The notes under the pieces: model-generated | Seen by the model: the letters and a program-made list of their open reading frames with translations, nothing else | What the model was told of the DNA's origin: nothing | The model's database searches: none | Part shown: in pieces, positions 14,810 through 26,600 of the stretch | Position numbering within the stretch: position 1 is the stretch's first letter | Layout: every line of letters starts with the position of its first letter | Origin: Hormiphora californensis | Lineage: Eukaryota > Animalia > Ctenophora | Length of the DNA: 64,000 nucleotides | Assembly (NCBI GenBank): GCA_020137815.1 | Contig: CM035355.1 | Location: 5,580,001-5,644,000 of the forward strand | Direction: 5' to 3' | Program-made: the position numbers and the translations under genes

Positions 14810-17170
14810 ACACACAGAGTTCTAGATTTTCTTTTTTCTCTCTTTTTTCCCCCCCTTTCCCCCCCCCCCCCCAAACCCCCCCTTTTCCCCCCCACCCCCC
14901 CCCCTTTTTTCCTCTCTTCTCCCCCCTCCTTTCTCTTTTTTCTCCTTTTTTCTTTCCTTTCCCTCTCTCTCCTTTTCTTCTCTCTCTCTCCTTTTTTCTC
15001 TTTCTTTTCCCCCCGGCGAGGGGGTTTTTTTTTCTTTTTCCTAGGGGGCGTTTTTTTTTGTTTCTGGGGGCTTCTTTCTAAAAGTGAGAGGGGTTTGAGG
15101 AAAAACACTGAACTAAACCCGGGGGTTTTTTCCCAAATTTTTAGACCAAAAAGTTTCAAGGGAAAGTTTTGGTTTTAAGGGAAAAAAAAGGGGTTTAGAG
15201 GAGTTAGAAGAAGAGAAAACACAAAAAAAAAAGTTTTTGCTCATTTTTATAATCATTAACCTTTTTAAATTTTAGAGAAAGGGGAAATTTTAAAAAAATG
15301 AAAAGGAAAAAAAGATTTAAGAGGGGGAAAAAAACAAGGGTTTAGAAAACGAGGGGGCAAAAGGGGAAAAAATTGTTTGCGGTAGACTGAATTTTTATTA
15401 AAATTTTAACGGGAAGATGCCCCCGGCCCCACCCCCCCCCCCCCCATTTAAATTAGTTTGAATAGAAAAAATGAAAATAGTTTTTATAGGGGGGCGGTTT
15501 CATTTTTCCCAAAACCCGGATCCCCCAATTTACATTGGGTTTACGACAATATCAGATGGGTAAATTCCTGCCCATTTTCCCACCCCTTCCCCCCCCGGGG
15601 GGTTTATTTTCAATATCGGGGGTTTTAAAACCCCTGTTTCCTTCTTTTTCGGTTTATTTAACCCCATGGGGGTTTTGGCCCCCGATGGGGGGTGGGGAAA
15701 AGGTGTTAAATAGACCGAAATTTTGGGTTCCGTGTTAGTGGGTACTTTGGTTTGTTTGTTTGTTTCGGTTCGAGGCCAATTTTGGGGAAAATTGGTTTGG
15801 GGGAAAAAGTCAACCACACTTTTGTGTAAACCAAAAAAGGAAACCCCTAAAATGTCAAAACTGAGTAGTAGAAAAACACACAGAAAACCCATATCAATTG
15901 CTTTAAAATTCGAAAAAATAAAGCACCAAAAAAAAAACCCCCGGGGGGCTTCCCAAAAAAATTTCCAAAACCCCCTTTTTTTTTAAAAAGGCCCCCCCTT
16001 TTTTCCCTTTTCCTCTTTTTCTCTCTTCTTTTTCCCCCTTTTTTCCCCAATTCCCTCCTCCCCATCAAAAACCTCCGGTTTGTCCACCGGGGGGAAAGGG
16101 GAAAAACCTAGCAGGCCTAAAATCACCCAAATTTTTTCCCCACCTAAATTTCTATTTCCCCAACCCAAATTTTTTTTTTTCCCCCTTTTGGGTTTTGATT
16201 CTTTTTCCCCTTTCCTTTGGGCCTCCATTTTGGATGTGACCGAGTATACACAGTTTTTTCAGTTCAAAATATTCGATTGAACGGAAGAGAATAAAATAGA
16301 GGTATAGAATTGAATGGAATGGGAAAGAAAAAAAGAAAGAAAGAGAGGGAAAGAACGATAAAGATAGAAATGAGAGGGAAGGAACAAAACAAGAATGAGA
16401 GCGATGAAAACGATGGTGATATTAAAATGGGAAGAGGTACATGATAACCCCTTGCTGACAGCCTACCTCCTTTAGGGGAGAGAGATGGGGAAGGGGGGGG
16501 GAGAGAGGAGAGAGAAGGAGAGAAAAAAAAGGGGGGGGGGCCCCCGGGGGGGCCCGGGGGGGGGGGGGGGGGGGGTTTTTTTTTTGGCCCCCGGGGGGGG
16601 GTTCGGGGGGGGGGGGGGGGGGGTGTGGGGGGCCCCCGGGGGGGGGGGGGGGGGAGAGGAAAGGGGGGGATGAGTGAAGGGGGGTGGAGGGAAAATAGAA
16701 GTAGCCAAGAAATGTCGAAGAGCAGGAACTTTTAAAAAGAGTTTTTTTTGGGACAAGAACAGGGGGCGTTTTTTTAATTTTTTTAGAAAAAAAAGGCTTT
16801 ATTTTGACTTTTGATTTTAAAAGTCCCTTGGTTGTCAACCATTTTAAGCCTTTTTCATTATTATTTAAGCGTTATATTAGTTTTAAAAAGGTATTTTTTA
16901 GAGGAAAATCGTTTTTATTCTTTTTATTAAAATTCCCTTATTGTCTGCGGGGATATTATAGTCGTAATTTATGGGCCACGAGAGGGAAAGAAAGATGAAC
17001 AAGGGAGGGGAGAAAGGAGAGAGAGAGGGAAAAGAGAAGAGAGAGAGAAAACCCGGAAGGGGTTTTTAAAAGAAGAGGGAAAGATGGGGGAAAAAAAAAG
17101 AAGAAGGAGGAAGGCTGGTAAAGGCAGAGAAGCTAATGTCATTTGGGGTTTTAAAGCGTGTGTAAATGAC
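14810..17170. other. Low-quality, homopolymer-inflated segment (probable unpolished long-read consensus)
   Basis: Very dense G/C/A/T runs that appear to replace (GA)n tracts; ORFs are only K/G/P/F low complexity. Confidence 0.85.
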
Positions 17171-17741
17171 ATAGACCACCAAAAGAACAGTAAGGTGAGT
17201 TAAAAGGAATTACACCATGGAGAGTTTGTAAATTGTGAAAACTCTGACACACGAAGTGTCACTGATCGTGCGAATAGTATCACACGAAGATTCAAAGAGT
17301 CAATAAGTTTATGTCATGCGGGCGGTGGCTGCAGTTATAATATGTAATATGTATGAGTATTGGATGATGTACACGGTAGTAGCTATACAGAGTCTAGACA
17401 CCACACGGGATTTGTCTGTGCGTAGATCGATCTGTTTATCTGAAGATCTTCACACGGAAACGATGCAGATCATTGGAAGAGGAACTTTCACTTCCCATCG
17501 CAGATCACACATCCTCATTGTTGTTTTTATATTCCTTTTTTATTCTGTTTCTCTCCCTCGGTCCCTTTTATTGGAAGTTGTGATTCAGCTACGGGCGTGA
17601 TAGAAAATGAATATGTCTCGTACATCTGTTCTTGAAAATTGGAAACCAAATATTTTAGGAAAAAGAAGGAATGCTAAATGTTGAGGTTCCAGTCTCATAT
17701 ATTGAGGGCCAGGGCAGTTGATATTGATATTGAGAAGAGAG

Positions 17742-17780
<39 letters not shown>

Positions 17781-18234
17781 ACTGGGAGGTGTACGTGTAC
17801 TGTGTGTAACAATCTCAATACCAAGTTTTAGATCGCCACGTTTTGCAATCTACACACTTCTCCGACAATTTCACTGCTACGGTGTGAATGATGATTTGTG
17901 ATGAATCGTTCACAGAAAACTCTTCTAGCACTGATGTAAATTGATGCTTGTATGACAAATGAATGATGGGGTGCCATGTAATACTCATACCCTAATGGAT
18001 CGCGATAAAGGTGGGGCGGGCCAAGGGAATAAAAGAGAGATGAATAAGTAAATATGGAGATGGTGAGATCAAGAGAGAGAGAAAGAGAGATGAATAATTA
18101 AATAGAGAGATGATGGGAATTCAATCTCCTCTGCACGTGCTCCCAAGTACACATGCAGCTTGCTCCCTAAAAGCCTTACCATCAGTAGTAGGTAACTTGA
18201 TAATGCTAAAGGGGGACATAAAATACAGAAACAA

Positions 18235-18315
<81 letters not shown>

Positions 18316-18402
18316 CCCTCTCTCAGTCCCTCTCACTTTGTAGCATCTTCTTCTTTTTTCTCCCCGGAGTGTTGCCATAGGGATCATTCTATTTCTCTAT
18401 CG

Positions 18403-18492
<90 letters not shown>

Positions 18493-18661
18493 CTCTATCT
18501 CTGTAGGGGATCGTTGTCAGAGTAGTAGCAGGTGCTACCTCGAGATCGAACGTGTGTGCTTGTTCTAGCGAATGGGCGGTCTTCCATATAGGAGCCTGTT
18601 TGACAATTGTCATTGATAGAGACCTGAGAGAGATAGTCAATGAAGAGTGAGAGAGAGAGGG

Positions 18662-18717
<56 letters not shown>

Positions 18718-18865
18718 AGATAGATAGATGGCCTTGAAAGAGATAAAGTGAGAGAATGTCATAGAAAAAGGGCCTCGATGAGAAGTTTGTATTGGCTACA
18801 GCAGCAACAGCGTGGCAAAGTGATCGCACTTGCTTGTCAAATACTTGACCTGCTGTTTACGCATC

Positions 18866-18949
<84 letters not shown>

Positions 18950-19182
18950 CCTCTCTCCATCTCTGTCTCTGAGCTCATTTGTTACATGATTTTTAGCGAA
19001 CGTGCTTGTCCTCTCTGCCGGCTGCCCTCTGGTATCAACACGAATCAAACTTCTTTTTTTAACGATTTCCCTTTCTCTGACGTGTATGTTTTGTACTTAG
19101 TTGACGTTATTGTACTACTGACGTTATTGTTAATTTGCCCTCTTTAGTGACTAAAGTAACATAGTGAATGTATATCTAGGTC

Positions 19183-20463
19183 ATGCCAAGACTAGCCCCA
19201 GCCTCTCTCCACGAGTACAAATCACGGATATGCGATCTGGAGGGGGAGGTGAACACGTTAAAACGCCGTCTAGACGAGCTGCGGCGTGCTAAAATCAAAG
19301 CCACTGCCAAACCCCCACCACCTAAGCCACTAATACCTGAAACTGTGCACCCTGACAGGACTGAGGAGATCAGAGTTCTCAATCAGAGGATCACCCGACT
19401 CTCAAACGAGTTGGAGCTGAGTGAACTTCGTTATGCACGTGATACTCAGGAGTTGAGAGCAACCATAAAACGTCTCAAGGAGGAGATAGAGGAGATGAAG
19501 AGTGAGAGAGAGGAGGAGGTCAAGGGAATCCGAGTTGAGCAGAAAACCGAGATTGCAATACTGAAGAGACGCCACATGGAGGAACTAGCTGCTTACACAG
19601 AAAGCAGTGAACGGGACAAAAAAGCAAGGATTGAAGCAGAACAGGAGCTGTGTGCGTACAAAACTAAAATGCGATCACAGCCCAACGTTGAACTACTGAG
19701 GAGTGAACTGTTAAAACTCCAATCAGCCTACCAACAGATGAAACTAGACCGAGATAGAGACGTTGGGATGTTGGAGGAGAGGATAGAGGAGCTGGTTGCT
19801 GAGATTACTGTACTGAACGAGAAACCTCGACGGAAATATCAGTTGATCCCAGACAGAACTTACATCGTCAAACAGGCCAGTCCGACAGCATCGTCAACAA
19901 GTTGTTGTTCAATTGAACCTACACCACAGAATGCTAGTAACGGGGCCAGTAGTAACTCGAATAGTAACGGGCCTGGAGCCAGTAGTAACTCGAATAGTAA
20001 CGGGACTTCTGCAAATAGTAACACTGTTGTAAGAAGTAACCAAAATATTAACATGACTGTTAGAAGTCACTCTACTACTAACAGTACGGCTATAAGAAGT
20101 AACTCAACCAGCACTCCTGCGCCCCCACCAACATCGCACCACATCCCTACATCATGTCGACCTAAACAGCCTCCTGTACCACTTCGATCCCAATCCTCAG
20201 ACCCCCGACCCACCTCTGCAGCACGACCCAAAAGTACCCCAGCAGCGGCACGTGCCAAATCGAGCTGTGGAGCCCGGAAGACACCGGTCAGGCCACCTGA
20301 TCGGCAGGTACCTCTGACCCGTCCAAAGAGTTGCTGGGGTGAGAGGAGGTTGAGTAATGGTGCGGGTGTTAGTACTTTAACCACCCAGACTGTATCATTT
20401 CCACGACAGAGTAACACAAGGACTAGTGGTAGCAGTAGTCCGTGGATGGTGGGGAAAAGATGA
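19183..20463 (+). CDS. Uncharacterised protein, 426 aa: N-terminal coiled coil (~215 aa) plus Ser/Thr/Pro/Asn-rich disordered tail
   Basis: Long uninterrupted ORF, E/K/R/L heptad composition, YAG 3 nt before the ATG. Confidence 0.85.
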   Translation: MPRLAPASLHEYKSRICDLEGEVNTLKRRLDELRRAKIKATAKPPPPKPLIPETVHPDRTEEIRVLNQRITRLSNELELSELRYARDTQELRATIKRLKEEIEEMKSEREEEVKGIRVEQKTEIAILKRRHMEELAAYTESSERDKKARIEAEQELCAYKTKMRSQPNVELLRSELLKLQSAYQQMKLDRDRDVGMLEERIEELVAEITVLNEKPRRKYQLIPDRTYIVKQASPTASSTSCCSIEPTPQNASNGASSNSNSNGPGASSNSNSNGTSANSNTVVRSNQNINMTVRSHSTTNSTAIRSNSTSTPAPPPTSHHIPTSCRPKQPPVPLRSQSSDPRPTSAARPKSTPAAARAKSSCGARKTPVRPPDRQVPLTRPKSCWGERRLSNGAGVSTLTTQTVSFPRQSNTRTSGSSSPWMVGKR

Positions 20464-21356
20464 GTGTACTGTGTGTCAGTGTGTATGTATGGTTTTAATT
20501 TATTTTCCGATATATATATTACTATTATTCTCTCCTGATATATATGATTGTATTCTGTTCAACATTTGAAATCGGTCACTGGAAATAACGGGGGTAGATT
20601 TGTAGATCACCGTGATCCAACCACCCCACAGTACCAACTCCCTACATACCGGAGATACCATCCCCCTGCCCGGGCATGTCCCCACGTGGTCACCCTGTCA
20701 GTCAATAATGACCTTGTGTCTGGTACGTGGCAGGTACATCTGTGTGAGCTTTGTGTAACCACATCATGTTAACAAGTTGAATAACCAGCCAATGAGGAGG
20801 CTCTCTTCACACCACGTGATCTCTGTCAGCCAATCATAATGCAGGATTTAGGTCACGTGGGGGCCAGTTAACGCGAGGAGGAATATGTAACATTTTATGT
20901 GAATGTTTGTATTTTACTGCGATAGTGGGGGAGGAGGGACACCTTGTGGGAACCTGAAAATTAGGAAATATTGAAGGATCAAGATAGAGGAAAGGAAAGT
21001 ATTAGAGAAAGAGAGTATGAGAGAGAGGGGAGATGGATGAAAATATGGAGGAGTAGTGTGAGAGAAAGGACTGTATTGTGTAACACGCACACATGTGAAG
21101 CATGCGATTTCTCGAGCGTTCATCTGACAAAGGCGGAGAGAGATAGAGGCTGGGAGGAGAGGTAGAGTGAGAGAAGGACAGAGAGATAGAGACTGGGAGG
21201 AGAGGTAATGTGAGGGAAAGATGGAAAGGACAGAGAGGGAGGGATAAAGATAGACTATTGTAGAGTGAGGGGATGTGTGTGTGTGGGATCGATGCCGTCT
21301 TTCGCACAGACACAACCTACTATAATAGCATGTGTAGACTCTTTTAACTCTCTCTG

Positions 21357-21425
<69 letters not shown>

Positions 21426-22137
21426 CATCTCTTAGTTCGTTAGTCTCATTGGCGGTATATGTTCGTCTGTGTACCATGAGAAAACCATCGAAGCTTTCTC
21501 GGTTAATGTTATCAGTGTGTCTCTCACGTGAATAACAATTCCTGTTTTCGTGCGAGAGGGTTTCAACAAAGTCTGTTTGTTCACTCAGCAATCTGATCAA
21601 GCTCCATTACCTCTCATTATAGTATTGACGTTCCTTGTCTCGAACAGTGCTCTACTCACGGTTGTGAGGAGCTATTACAATTTAAACAAGTTAGTTCAGT
21701 TTACAATTGTAAATTGAACTAACTTGTTTAAATTACCTCTCATTATATATTTAGATTTAAACTAACATTAAATGCAATATATAGGCAATAAACAATTCAC
21801 ATGTTTTTCAGTCGCATCCAATGTCTGTGTGTTTGTAGATCTGTGCGTGCTAGTTTAGTGAAAAGCGCAATTGAGTAGTGTGAACTTTGTTTCAGTAATT
21901 ACGGGGTAATTAAAGGATAATCAAACTGCGTGACGTCACATGTTTGTGGCTATTAGTGTCTGTTTCTATTTTCATACCCATGTCATGCATATAGCACATG
22001 TGTTACCGGGATTTTCTAAGAAGCCTCCAGTCTGATCTTTCTTAATTTTCTGTCACTTATCTAGTGTAGCCCGTACCTCTAGGAAGACAGGAGGAAGGGT
22101 GAGAGAGAGAGAGAGAGAGAGAGAGGTTAGTGTGTAT

Positions 22138-22169
<32 letters not shown>

Positions 22170-23504
22170 ACCTACTGCAGCACACACATTGTGCTAAAAT
22201 TGTAGGTGATAAATTGAGCTGTGTGTGTGCGTGTGTGTGTGTATGAGTGTCTGCTCTCTTTATAACACTTCTCTCTCTTTCTTTCTGTCTCTCTCTCTTT
22301 GTGCCAACTGCCATCTCTTGCCTCCAGAAAAAGAGAGAGAGAGAGGGAGAGAGACAGGAGAGCCAGAAATACTCAACCCTAAAATAGGAATTGTACTAAA
22401 GACATATTCCGGCTCTCTCTCTCTCTCTCTCCTGTTTTCCAACACGGATAGCTGCAAATGAAAAAGTGATAGTCTGATGACCAAAGTCTATATAACCAGT
22501 CAAGGCTGATGCAATACCTGGTCGACCATGTGTGTACACAATATATAATGTGTGCGTGAGCTTCTCTAGGTAGAGGTAGCCATAGACACAACTGGTTGTG
22601 GACGTAACGCGCGGCGACACATTTCTATTGAAGTGTGCGTTATTTTCGCGCGAGTACACGTAACGCCGCGCAGAATCAATCACGCGCAGGACCGGAACTT
22701 ACTGTGCTGGCAAGGACGCAGGTTGTGTGGCTCACACCGTCATTTTAATTCTGTGAGGGTTCGGTAGCAGTTGACATGTTCCTTGTCTGTCAGCTCTCAC
22801 ACCGGGCCTTCGGCCCGGTGTGAGCTTACGCGAGCCCGCCGACAGACAGACTGCGTAGCATGGCAAGGTAGCAGGTTGCCTTGCTCGACCCTCTCTCACA
22901 AAACAAGGTGTAGGCTATTAGTTAATTAAGCCCCTAATTGGCTTGTCATTTGAACAAGTAAAACAGCAGACTTTGATATAACATTATCAGTAGGGTGACT
23001 CGTGTTAAAACATTATAAACCTCAACTGTAAAAAGGCTATATTATCACATGATGTATGTTATTTCCCATTACCAACGTCGAGTAAAATACTCCCAAAAAA
23101 ACAACAAAAATTGCCCCATTCTCTTTCCAATACCATCACGCACACATTAGCATCATGTTATAAAGCATAAACAAAACCGTAGCAGTATAATTGTTTAATA
23201 TTTTCCAGAAAAAGATCTCTCTCTCTCAATCAAGATGTGTCCGGGTTGATAAAGTGCTGTAGGGATCTCATATTGGGAGAGATGCAATAATCTCTCTCTC
23301 GCTAAATTTGTTATATTCATATTGACAAAAACCGTGCTCCTCTTTACGTAAAATCTGTTCGGAATTTTTGTTATTTACAAACGACCCATGGTTTTCCAGC
23401 ACGCAACATATTGAGTGGGTAGAATTGAGATGTATTTAAAAAGCCCCATGTATTTCACATTAATCACACACACACATCATCAGTCAAGTTCCATGGTGAA
23501 TTAC

Positions 23505-23600
23505 AGGAACTAACCGAAACAAGTAAACAACCAATCAGAACTCGTTATTTAGGTCACGTGACTGGTTATCAGCCAATCAGGGACCAGTATTTCCTGATTC
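23505..23600. mobile_element. Degraded copy of the 109-bp hAT-type MITE in the myosin 3' UTR region
   Basis: Core CAAGTAAACAACCAATCAGAACTCGTTATTTAGGTCACGTGACTGGTTATCAGCCAATCAGGGACCAG; flanked by the direct repeat CAGTCAAGTTCCATGGTG. Confidence 0.85.
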
Positions 23601-23633
23601 AGTCAAGTTCCATGGTGTATTGCACAGGGGCAA

Positions 23634-26600
23634 TTACAGTTCTTCGTCCGAAAGATCATCATTTTCGGTTCCCCGTTCTCTTGATCCTTTGCTTCGGAAA
23701 TTTCCCCCTCCACCGGTGCTAAATCCACGCCTGGGGGAAGAGAACAGGGTGTTAGTGTGTGAGGTATATTATTGTGAAGGAGTGCAATCAGGGCTTGTAC
23801 ATAAAAAGATAGGATGCGTGTTAGAAGTTAAGAGATTGCTGTGTGATGTGTGAGCGGTGCTCTGAATTGTGTTTTTAATTCTGCTTCATATTTTCATTAC
23901 TACTGCATTTCATACCATATTGGCCCAGATATCTTTGTCTCTCTCTCACCTGAGTGTTCTGGTACCGGTAAAAACAGGCCACTTTGGGCTCAGCTCAGTG
24001 TGAGTGAGTCTCTCAGTTGGATCTCACTTGATCTTGCTTATTCACAATGCGAGGATTGATTTGTTCTCACTGCTCTGAACTAGCTATATATACTCAAAAA
24101 CACGTGTTTTAGGGCTAGGCTCACTTTCCACACCCACACTTATCGCACTGATCACACTTGCTCTCTTTCACACCGCAGTTCACACTCTCTCACACATACA
24201 CTCACAAGACGACATGTGCCGTTCACGCTCTTTCAGAGTTTTATTTCGTTTTCGGTAGTAGCAGTTCCTAATATCACTGCAACAGAAAGTGACCAGTCAA
24301 ATATATTGCTGCTCCTTCATAAAACTAACCATCTGCTCCTTCATAAAACTAACCACCAACTCACTTATCGGGTGTAGATGAGTGACGTGGGGTGACGTGG
24401 TAACTGTTCTGGTTACTACGGTGAAATGAGAGGGATGTTGCTGATGAAGTGTCGGTTAGTAACCGGTTACTTGTGTCAGTTACACGGGAAACATCCAGGA
24501 GATTCTTCCTGCTGAAGATTAGTGTGAGTGCGTGAGATTTAGGAACAGATATTATTAGAGGCACGAAAAGTAATTAATTATGAAGGGAGCTCTGAATCAT
24601 GGAGGAGGGGGTATTTAAACAGAAAAAGAGCTGATAAATTAATCAGTTGTATAATAAAGTGTGTGTAATCATTATTCCTGAATTCAGACAGACGTGTGAC
24701 GTCACACTCACTCGGAAGATTGTCGGGACATCTTCCTACCGATAGGAAGGCCTGCTACACTACCCGTCCTATTAGATGGATATAGGGAGGGGTACTATCA
24801 AATAGAAGATGTTATGGGGGACGTAGGAGGCTTTATTGGACCCGCGTCATATATAACGGGAAAGAGAGGGACGTGAACAAAGAGAGGGTCTAGATCATGG
24901 GGCACATGGATAAGACATGGAAGGCTTTATTGGCTACTGTATAGTAGTCAGAAGATAGTAGAAAGGAAGCAAGATAGCAGCTAACGAGTATTTAGGGCTC
25001 TGCGAACTAAGAAAACTAATAAGGGGAAGACTGGATGTTGAGGGGAAGTATAGAATCGGTTTGTTACGCACACTCACACTCACTTTTGTCTCATTTGTTT
25101 CTTCGGTATCAGGGGGCTAGGTCTAGATAGCAAAATTAACAAAATATAATCCCACCACAACCCCCCCCCCCTGCCATGTAATACTACGCAGGCTGTCTTT
25201 CCTTCGGGCTCGCATTATATAAGCTCACACCGGGACGACAGACTGGGTACATTTCAACCCTCCCCCAACCACCCGAATACTCCCTTCCCAACCACCCAAT
25301 ACTCCCAGCCCTCCCCGAACACCCTCTCATCTCCCTCCCCGGCCCCTCCCCAACCACCTGGATACTCCCCCTCCCCTTACCTCTGTCTTTGTTTCAACGT
25401 GTTGTTCTCCCTCTGCAGACTATCGTTTGTCTCGATCTGCTCATCGAGCTCCCGTTGCAGCTTCCTCTTTGCCGCATTAGCTGCCGACATTTCGTCAAAG
25501 TTCTGGTCTATTTGACGCTTCAGAGTCTTCATTCTTGAGTTAGCCTTCTCCATCTAGAGGGGGTAAAGGGAGTTTTAACATACATCAAGAAGTGGGGAAC
25601 TGTTCGAAGTTCGAAGTGTGGGTTAGAGAAAGGCCCGGGTGATTGTGAAATTGGGGCACAATTAGGTTTTTTAGATTCCAAAAACGAACGAAACCCCACA
25701 AAGTTCCCAGGTACAGAAACATACCTAGTAGGTATTACCTACCTTGTTACACAACTAGGAACACATATGCATGGGAGATCGGTTAGAGGCATTAAAGTAA
25801 GAGTGGCGCGCCGTGTTTTCTCACAAAACTTAGTGGATGAACGGGGTGTACCACCAGGGCCATTGGTACGGTATCGAAAATTTCCAATTCTGTCTCGTTC
25901 ATTAGTTATGACGTAATATGTTCATTATTTCAACTTTTATAAAATTGCTCTTCAGAAAAATCCGTGCATTGTGGATTGAAATGGATGCTTGCATCGTGTT
26001 CAGCGTCAAAAAATAGCCGGGGTACCAAATTTTGGTGTCTCTACCTTGTCTGTGACGCGAGATATCGACAATTATCAAAAACGACCAAAGTGAGAGAAAG
26101 AGAGTTTGTTACAGTTGGGTGGCGCGCACAAACAACTAGCACCCAAAGATAACAAACTGTCTCTCACCCATTTTGGTTGTTTTTTATATTTGTCAATATC
26201 TCGCGTCACAGACAAGGTGGAGATACCAAAATTTGGTACCCCGGCTATTTTTTGACGCTGAACACGATGCAAGCATCCATTTCAATCCACAATGCACTGA
26301 TTTTTCTGTAGAGCAATTTTATAAAAGTTGAAATAATGAACATATTACGTCATAACTAATGAACGAGACAGAATTGGAAATTTTCGATACCGTACCAATG
26401 GTCCTGGTGGTACTCCCCGTTCATCCACTAAGTTTTGTGAGAAAACACGGCGCGCCACTCTTACTTTAAGGCAAATCACTATCAGCTAATATACCCCCCA
26501 CCCCTTGGAGGCGCAGTATTTTCTGGATTTATGACCCTGATCGCCACCCAGGTATCCTGTCTGTGAGGTACCAAACCCCATACCTAATTAACCAATTAAT

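Noticed and set aside
14797-17172. Pro/Gly/Lys-rich ORFs
   Set aside because: Derived from homopolymer-inflated low-quality sequence.
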